Assembly: GCA_965153355.1 (NCBI GenBank)
Contig: OZ231126.1
Coordinates: forward strand, 49,724,001-49,788,000
Origin: Flaccisagitta enflata
Lineage: Eukaryota
DNA: 64,000 nt
Direction: 5' to 3'
Shown: positions 54,926-64,000 of the stretch, piece after piece
Numbering within the stretch: the stretch's first letter is position 1
How the letters are laid out: every line of letters starts with the position of its first letter
Translations under genes and position numbers: made by a program
The notes under the pieces: model-generated
Told to the model about the DNA's origin: nothing
The model's database searches: none
What the model saw: the letters and a program-made list of their open reading frames with translations, nothing else

Positions 54926-55203
54926 CGAACACGCCACATGATTGTGCAACTCACGAAAACTATGCTTATAGATTAAGAAAGGACAATTCATATGTTCAAA
55001 ACTGTCCAATGCACGGACAACCATCTTAAAAAAGAACGAAAAAAAAACTTTCAACCTAAAAAGCAAGTATCAACTTTGGAGGAGTGCTTCTCTTTTAAAA
55101 ACGAATAAAGAGCTACGACAACGAGATTGGATATACATACACTTTGAAATGCGTTCAATCTGTTTAATTTGTTTAGGAGCAGCAAATCTTAAAGTTTTTC
55201 AGG

Positions 55204-55380
55204 TTTTCAGGTTGGAGCCGTACATGAATCGGGTAGCAGTGTATCCGGCCTTGTTTTTCCATGATAGTGTTTGCCGGTTATGGAGTGGGAGTTTTTCAGG
55301 TTGGAGCCATACGTGAATCGGGTAGCAGTGTATCGGGCCTTGTTTTTCCAAGATAGTGTTTGCCGGTTATGGAGTGGGAG
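55204..55380. repeat. 89-bp tandem duplication containing a HINE-like 3' end
   Basis: TTTTCAGGTTGGAGCC..GGGTAGCAGTGTATC.GGCCTTGTTTTTCCA.GATAGTGTTTGCCGGTTATGGAGTGGGAG occurs twice. Confidence 0.92.
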
Positions 55381-55736
55381 AACAAAAAAAAAAAAAAAAA
55401 AAAAAGCTAAGGCAATGAAAAGCAGAAACAAATTCTATGAGAACCGAGCCAATGGCACAGATGAACGAGTAGATAGGAAAGATTGAATTAGCATCTTTTT
55501 TAAAGCCAGTAAAACAAAAAAAAAAAGATCCTCAAACGAAACCAATGGTTGGCACAAGGACACGGATTAGATAGGAGGGACTTGGGACAATACCAGCAAA
55601 CTGAGCTTGAATATTTTAGAGCTTTTTTTTTATCTTAAATCCTTAAATCAATTCTGCTGAGAGTGCTCACTAATGATGGATGACCAAAACATAAAGGATT
55701 TCGCCCAAAAGGGGTTCATAGCAAAGCCGTCCCTTG

Positions 55737-56189
55737 TTGGGCAGAGGCCCCAAAGGGGTCGATGACCTATGCTTTCACATATGCGGAAATTTCTCCTCCT
55801 TCCTCTCCTTTGTTCCCCCAACCTCCAGGCCCATATATAGCTCAGCCTCGAGGCCCATATCCTAGCCTTGAGGCCTTTAGGCTCAAATCCGTGCCTCAAT
55901 GTCTCAGTCCCAGCCTTTCGGCCAAAATACCAGCTTTGAGGCCAAAATCCAATCTTCGAGGCCCAAATCCTAGCCTCAAGGGATTTGGGCCTAAAGATGG
56001 GTCTTGAGGCTGAGATATGGGCCTGGAGGTTGGGAGGAGGAGGAGAAGGAGGAGAAATTTCTGCATGTGTGAAAACATAGGTCATCAACCCCTTCAGGGC
56101 TGCTGCCCTGCTCCCTCCCTCAACGTCAATCATAACCACCTTAGGCAGGGCACGGGTACCGCTGACCACATAACGATTTTGGGACTTTT
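55737..56189 (+). mobile_element. Family C element with extended inverted arms
   Basis: Arm at about 55739-55860 is mirrored by about 55998-56108, followed by the unpaired family C tail GGGTACCGCTGACCAC..GGGACTTTT. Confidence 0.85.
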
Positions 56190-56745
56190 CCCTACTGCAC
56201 AACCACTTTAATTTGTCACCTCAATTTGATGCATAGAAAAAGAAAGACAGGGAGGAGTTCAGATTGGTAATGGAAAGGATTGGAGAAAAAAGTCTTGCGG
56301 AATCCAGATTACACCAGACGCGTTGATATCTTGTCTGCCATTAAATCCTCCGTGTTAAAAGGGATTCATAATTTCCTTACTTAACATTTGATCAGGCTCG
56401 GGCTTGATTGTGACATCAAGAGTGAGCACGGTTGGATTAATCAGAGCCTTCTTGTATCAGCAGAAAATAATGAGTGCTAGGGCTCAGTTGAGACAGGCAG
56501 AGCCAATTCAAAGAAACTCAAGACGGAGAGTTCTGATGGTCTCCTTAAGGATAATAACTCTATTTTTGTCAACTTGTAATTGCGACAAACGGCACTCGTA
56601 CAAATTAGTCACAGAGCCACAAGTAATCACAAAACCGACGGGCCAGGTGTAGTGACATAAAAATCGTGCATAAACACCAGAAATTAAGTGTTACCGATGA
56701 ACCGATCAACAGACTGAGGGACGGACTGTCTAAGCTAGTTATAAC

Positions 56746-56881
56746 TAGGAATGTGGAAGCGATTGACCACTTCCAATTTGGAGGATGGGATAGCTACTAG
56801 TATTTGTTCTGTAAAATGGAAGTGGAAGCGGAAGCGAAAGCGGTGGAAGCGGCATGAAAATCGACCGCTTCCACATCCCTA
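56746..56881 (+). mobile_element. hAT-like MITE family D with 8-bp TSD
   Basis: TAGGAATGTGGAAGCG / CGCTTCCACATCCCTA. Flanks GTTATAAC (56738-56745) and GTTACAAC (56882-56889). A fragment lies at 59517-59570. Confidence 0.88.
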
Positions 56882-57156
56882 GTTACAACTCTATTATTGA
56901 GTCGCTTGCGCGCGACTTAAAACGCACTACTGGTCGTACCTCGTCCCTTGGTGGCGGAAAAATGTGTGATCGTCAGAAAATAGATTTCCTAATGCTAAGA
57001 ACATCAAAAAATGAGGCGGAAGATCTAAAAGTAATCTCGAAAGTAAGGGGGAAAGATTTGTGGTTATGGACAATTAAGCGCGGAATTCTCAGACATAAGA
57101 AATTCACTGAAAAGCATCTTAAAATGAGATGAGCGCCTCTTATGATCGCTGGAAAA

Positions 57157-58764
<1,608 letters not shown>

Positions 58765-59690
58765 CCAACGGTGATTGACCAGTGCACAAATGTTAACAGG
58801 CCGATTGAGCGCTGACGGATAGTCAATGGAGGATTGGAGGTGAGACGATCAATGGCAATTGCGCAGCGACCTAGGGGCAAAAAAATGACAAACCGAAACA
58901 AAAGAATGACAGACGGACAGATGAAGACCGCTAGACAGACAGACAGAGTGACAGTCTGAATGACAAAGACCCCCAGACAGACAGACTCGACTGACTAGCA
59001 CACAAACAGTCAGATAGACATACCATGAGAAGAAGATAGACCCACACACGGAGAGACATGGAGACACAAAAAAAAAAACAGAAAGAAAGACAGAAAGTCA
59101 GTCAGACAGAAAGAGGGACAATAAGGCAAACAGAAAATACAGGCAGACTGACGGAGAGGGACAGACAGCAAGCGGTGGAGGTGAGGCGCCATCGGGCTGT
59201 TATAAATATCGCAAACGGCGTTTAATGGCTTAGGGCATTGAAAGGGAGAAACTGGAACTTAATCCCCTTCGCCGATTTATGGAGCGTGTTCAACTTATCA
59301 ACCGATGTAAACACAACACAAGCCAGACTCCATATTTTTTGTGCTCTGTTTACACCTTTAGAGTCAGGCACAAACACGTGCACACGCGTATGAACACATG
59401 CACGGTCACACGCCAATGATCCAGCGCATTTGCACACATGAAAATGCACGCATGTGCGACCATTATTATCATTTTTACTTGGGACGCTTTCTGTTTATTT
59501 TGGTGCGTCTTCTCAGTAGGGATGTGGAAGCGGTCGATTTTCAAGCCGCCTCCATCGCTTCCGCTTCCATCTTCTCAGACAGTCACATGTACTAGTCTTT
59601 AAAAGGGAAGATACTAAAAAACAGACAAGCAAAACGACAACCAGACAGGCATACTAACGGAGAGTAAGAACGAGTGTCTGACGGGTGAAA

Positions 59691-59896
<206 letters not shown>

Positions 59897-60067
59897 GTTG
59901 AGCCATAAGTGTCAAATTAAAGAATGCCGCACCAAGTTTCTAATTTTCCCTAATGCCATATTCTTTCATTCTCTCCTTCTCTCTTCCTATTTGCATCCAT
60001 TGGCATTGCTCCGTGCTTCTTTGAATTTGTTTTTCTTCTCTATAAACTAGCCTAGATAACCAAGTAG

Positions 60068-60262
60068 CAAGGCTGGAAACTCGTCTACCCCAGTCGCGTG
60101 CGGGTGGGCAGGGGCCATATTTGAGGTCACCAGAGCGTTTGGGCAGGAGCAGTACGGTCAAAGAATAAAAAACAAAAAAATTAAAGTGTGACCGACCGAC
60201 CAACCAACCGACCGACGGACGGACGAAGCGGGGTGTAGAGTCGCGTAGCACGCGACTAAAAA
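60068..60262 (-). mobile_element. HINE-like family A
   Basis: CCCCAGTCGCGTGCGGGTGGGCAGGGGC..(GACC)n..AGAGTCGCGTAGCACGCGACTAAAAA. Confidence 0.85.
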
Positions 60263-60672
60263 TCAGAGCAGGTTCCACCCAATAGCATTTCACAACATAA
60301 ACACAGTGGAGCGTGGGCACGCTAAGAGCCTAAGAAGAGAGGGAAGTCACAGCTTGTTTAAGGTTGGGTTGACGTTAAGATGGGGGTGAAATGGAAGCGT
60401 TGAGGGTTGAATAATGAATATCTTCATTCACGGAATTGCCATTAAAATTCGCATATGTAAAGTTAACGAGGGATAAGTGCATTTACGCTTAATATGTACA
60501 TACCCGCGTACAGTCAAACAGGTTATAAGTATTTGACATTTGACAGCACCATTGAGAAACAAAATCAAGTTAACTCGTTGAAATTTCTTTGCATGAGCGC
60601 AGCTAAAGCAGTTCAATGAGCGGGGGAGTACTAGTTGGAAGAGAGGAAATGAGGAACTTCTCTTATATTCTG

Positions 60673-60930
<258 letters not shown>

Positions 60931-61119
60931 GTTTTTTCTTACTTCTCAGTGAGGAGTCCAAGACCTCTCTGTATTTACTACTATCTAGGAAAAAAAGTTT
61001 GGCAGATCCCTCTGTCCACTGTCCGTTGATGGATAGCATGCATATGGTCACAATTTTTTTGATGATGAGTTTCGGATCATTGCCTGCGATTGGCAACCTA
61101 TAAGTGTGACCATGGCAGT

Positions 61120-61185
61120 CATTGACATTGACATTGACATTGACATTGACATTGACATTGACATTGACATTGACATTGACATTGA
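61120..61185. repeat. (CATTGA)n hexamer microsatellite
   Basis: About 11 perfect units. Confidence 0.98.
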
Positions 61186-61625
61186 GTAAAAGCTGAAGGA
61201 AAAGATATTCAAAAGTAAAAAAAGAAATAAGAATCTCCACAAATTAGTTTCGTGCGCAGGTGCATTGGAGAAAAATCACGTAGTATACAGCGCGGTAAGA
61301 CGGGCGTACCGGCAGATGACGGTGAAAACTCAGACGGCCATGACGCCGACTAGGAAGGCGACAACGATGACGACGACGATGGTAACAACAACGATGACGA
61401 CGACGACGACGTTCACAGTAACGACAACGGAGGACGACGGCGGCGGTAGTTTTGCCTCGAGTCTATTTTGAAGGAGCATGAGGAAACCGGGCGCCTGATG
61501 TATCCACTATGCGCGGGTTTTGATTGCGTGTAACGGTTTTTCGAATCCATATGTCAATAGTATTTTCTTGAGATTTTGGTAAGTTCACCAACACATGTCG
61601 GATTTTGCGAGTAACACAGACTGAT

Positions 61626-61674
<49 letters not shown>

Positions 61675-62450
61675 TCGGTCTTGTCCGCATCTAAGTCGCC
61701 TCTCAGACTCAAATCTCTGAGAACATCATCGAGTTAGGGCGTGTTTCTGGTGACGACCAAAAACGCGTTCCCTCCCGTGAAACGCGATAACAGCGTGAAC
61801 ACATACTCAAGATTTTCAACTGTCCCAGGAGGGAGTGAGCGAAGTGAGTGAGCGAGCCTGTGAACGTAGCAACCTACCTTACCTCCATTGCGCCAATTTT
61901 TGCCGTAATAGGTGAAATTGATGAAATCATCGCCTATTTTGCCCCCAACGACTAAGACGGAGTTTATGGAAGCGTTCTTTCTTTTTCACAACATCTGAAG
62001 CTTCCTGAGTCAGATAGACGGACGTCCGGGTCGGGTGGTGCGTTGGTCGACCGTTCACGTAGGCGTAGCGTCGCCTTGATCTACCTCCTGCAGGGAATCG
62101 AAATTGAAAACATGCGCCAGCAGGCACAAATTCCGTCCTGAGAAATTTGATAAGAAAAAAATCCATCGCCAACATTTTTTTTTCATCAAAAAAATGAAAT
62201 TGAAAATCCCACGGATTGTGAGGAAGTGAAAAAATATAATCGACTCGCCGCGCACCAACTCTGTATGAACCGTCTGTGTGCTCCGGTGGCAATTTGACGA
62301 AATTCTGAGATAAATCATGTATTATATGGCGTGAAGTTGATGAAACCTGCGATCAAAACTGTAATGCTCTCCTGCACTTTGGTATGGTTTTGTCACATTT
62401 TCCGTAGTGAATAGCTGTTTCTCTCTCGCTCTTTTTCTCCGACGTTTATC

Positions 62451-62612
62451 AACAAGGTCGGATACACGGCTGCCTCAGTCGAGTGTTGGTGGGCAAGGGT
62501 AGTATTTTAGTTACTAGAGCATTTAGGCAGAGGCAGTGAGGCCAAAGACCGCAAATACATAAAAAAGTATCAAGGGGACCGACCGCGACCGACGGAAGGA
62601 TAAACGCACGGA
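62451..62612 (-). mobile_element. Truncated HINE-like family A copy
   Basis: AACAAGGTCGGATACACGGCT..GCAGTGAGGCCAAAGACCGCA..GACC tract, cut off at the adjacent TIR element. Confidence 0.7.
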
Positions 62613-62614
62613 TA

Positions 62615-63921
62615 CAGTATGATCCATCTCGTTTGCAACATTTCATAAGGACATACAGTAGATCTCATCAAGACTTGAGATAACGGGGGCAAGCATTGTG
62701 GAAAGACGAATGAAGGCAGGGGAGCGATATTTGGATCATAGACTAATCAAAGAATGCTTAATTCCCCATGATAGCTGGTTGCCATGGAAATACATTTCCA
62801 TGTAATCTCGCTAAAATATTAATATTTTGAGAGATTTTATTAGGGAACATTGCTCAAAATTAAATTTGCAACAACTTTCCCAGAGTATGTTTGGCTGTTG
62901 CTAGGGAGCGTATCCATGTGTGACACTCCCTAGCAACCGCTAAACGAGCGACATTCTTACAGAACATACTGTGGGAAAGTTTTAGCAAATTCAATTTTAA
63001 AAAATGTTCCCACAAAAAATTTCTCAAAATATTGATATTTTAGTGAAAATACATAAAAATGCATTTCCATGGCAACCAGCTATCATGGGCAATAAAGCAT
63101 CCCTTTATCAGTCTATGTTTCAAATATCAATCCTCTGGCTTCATTTGTTTTTCTACAATGCTTGCCCCTGTTATCTCAAGTCTAGACGAGATCTACTGTA
63201 ACTCAAAAAGTAATAGAGATAATCTAAATCTGAAAAAAGTTCAAGAAAGACAAAGTTAATGCATTTTATAACATGTGACTCCCAGGATTTTTTCACAAAA
63301 ATTTGGTCCTTGGAACAACTACGGAAGTAGATGTCATCATATTCAAATTGTTTCTTTACAAAAACTTGTCATTTAGACTGTTTCCCTTTAAATTGCTCTC
63401 ATTTCTAAGCAAATTGAGCTACAGATACCAGATTGGTCTTAAATGGAAGGTATTTTGAAGCAGTTTTTGGGACAGCTTGAGTTGAAATGCTTATTTGATG
63501 CTTCAGATCGATTCGTGAACCGTGAATCAACTCTTGATCAAAATCTTTTGTTAAGACACCCTTTATTATCATTCCTGATGGATATGCCATTGACAAAAAA
63601 TTTCCCCGTTTGTATTTCTTAAAACTAATGTAAATTAGCTTTAATTTGAGACCAATCAGAAATTTATAGCTCAATCCGTGTAGAAATAGGAGCAATTTAA
63701 GAAGAAACTGTTCCGTCAAAAACCTAGAATAATGGTGTTTTTTGCTGATTTTGAACAACATTTTGTCATTTGTCAAAAAGTATAGATTTTTTGTAAAAAT
63801 GTCGTAGGAGTTACATATCATAAAATCCATCACCATCATCTTTCAGGAACTTTTTTCAGATTTAGATTATTTCTATTACTTTTGTCTTCATGAAATGTTG
63901 CAAACGAGATGAATCATACTG
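62615..63921. mobile_element. Non-autonomous Tc1/mariner-like element (TA flanks, long TIRs), host of a nested foldback
   Basis: TA|CAGTATGATCCATCTCGTTTGCAACATTTCAT ... ATGAAATGTTGCAAACGAGATGAATCATACTG|TA. The left arm resumes at 63201 (AAAAGTAATAGAGATAATCTAAATCTGAAAAAAGTTC), matching the right arm. Confidence 0.9.
62656..63198. mobile_element. 543-bp foldback MITE with TA TSD, nested in the left TIR of the host
   Basis: TA|CAGTAGATCTCATCAAGACTTGAGATAAC ... GTTATCTCAAGTCTAGACGAGATCTACTG|TA. Imperfectly palindromic up to the centre GTTGCTAGGGAG / CTCCCTAGCAAC. Confidence 0.92.
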
Positions 63922-64000
63922 TATAAAAATAAATAATACCTGATCGAGATGAGGATAGAGCATTGCGAGTTCTGTAAGTGAGCGGCGATGTAATCTGAGC

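Noticed and set aside
61265..61471. Thr-rich mucin-like ORF
   Set aside because: It is a degenerate (GAC)n tract, only 68 aa, with no supporting structure.
63405..63839. Possible transposase remnant inside the 62615-63921 element
   Set aside because: There is no DDE/D or HTH-like motif, and the ORF is AT-rich and overlaps the inverted arm.

Overview
This is repeat-saturated, apparently non-coding eukaryotic DNA, probably from an invertebrate animal (an inference from the repeat types) and probably a large intron or intergenic region. I find no credible protein-coding gene, RNA gene or CRISPR array. The listed ORFs are mostly translations of microsatellites or repeats, and none shows a recognisable domain. 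Contents: (1) a GGGGCTGCT-based higher-order satellite at the left edge; (2) about 35 short interspersed elements with the architecture of non-autonomous Helentrons (HINE/DINE-1-like): T-rich 5' end, 5' subterminal IR plus adjacent hairpin, (GTCY)n tract, variable core, 3' subterminal IR, 3' stem-loop and CTTGTT end. They fall into several subfamilies whose paired subterminal IRs co-vary and whose cores differ; (3) a related family with GGGCAGCGGCCCC subterminal IRs and a 20-bp central tandem array; (4) more than a dozen MITE or foldback elements with TA, TTAA, 8-9-bp, 3-bp and unusual 4-bp (TACA, TGAG) flanking duplications, some nested; (5) very many di- to heptanucleotide microsatellites. 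No transposase or Rep-helicase is encoded here, so family assignments rest on terminal structure only. Coordinates were read by eye and may be off by a few bases.
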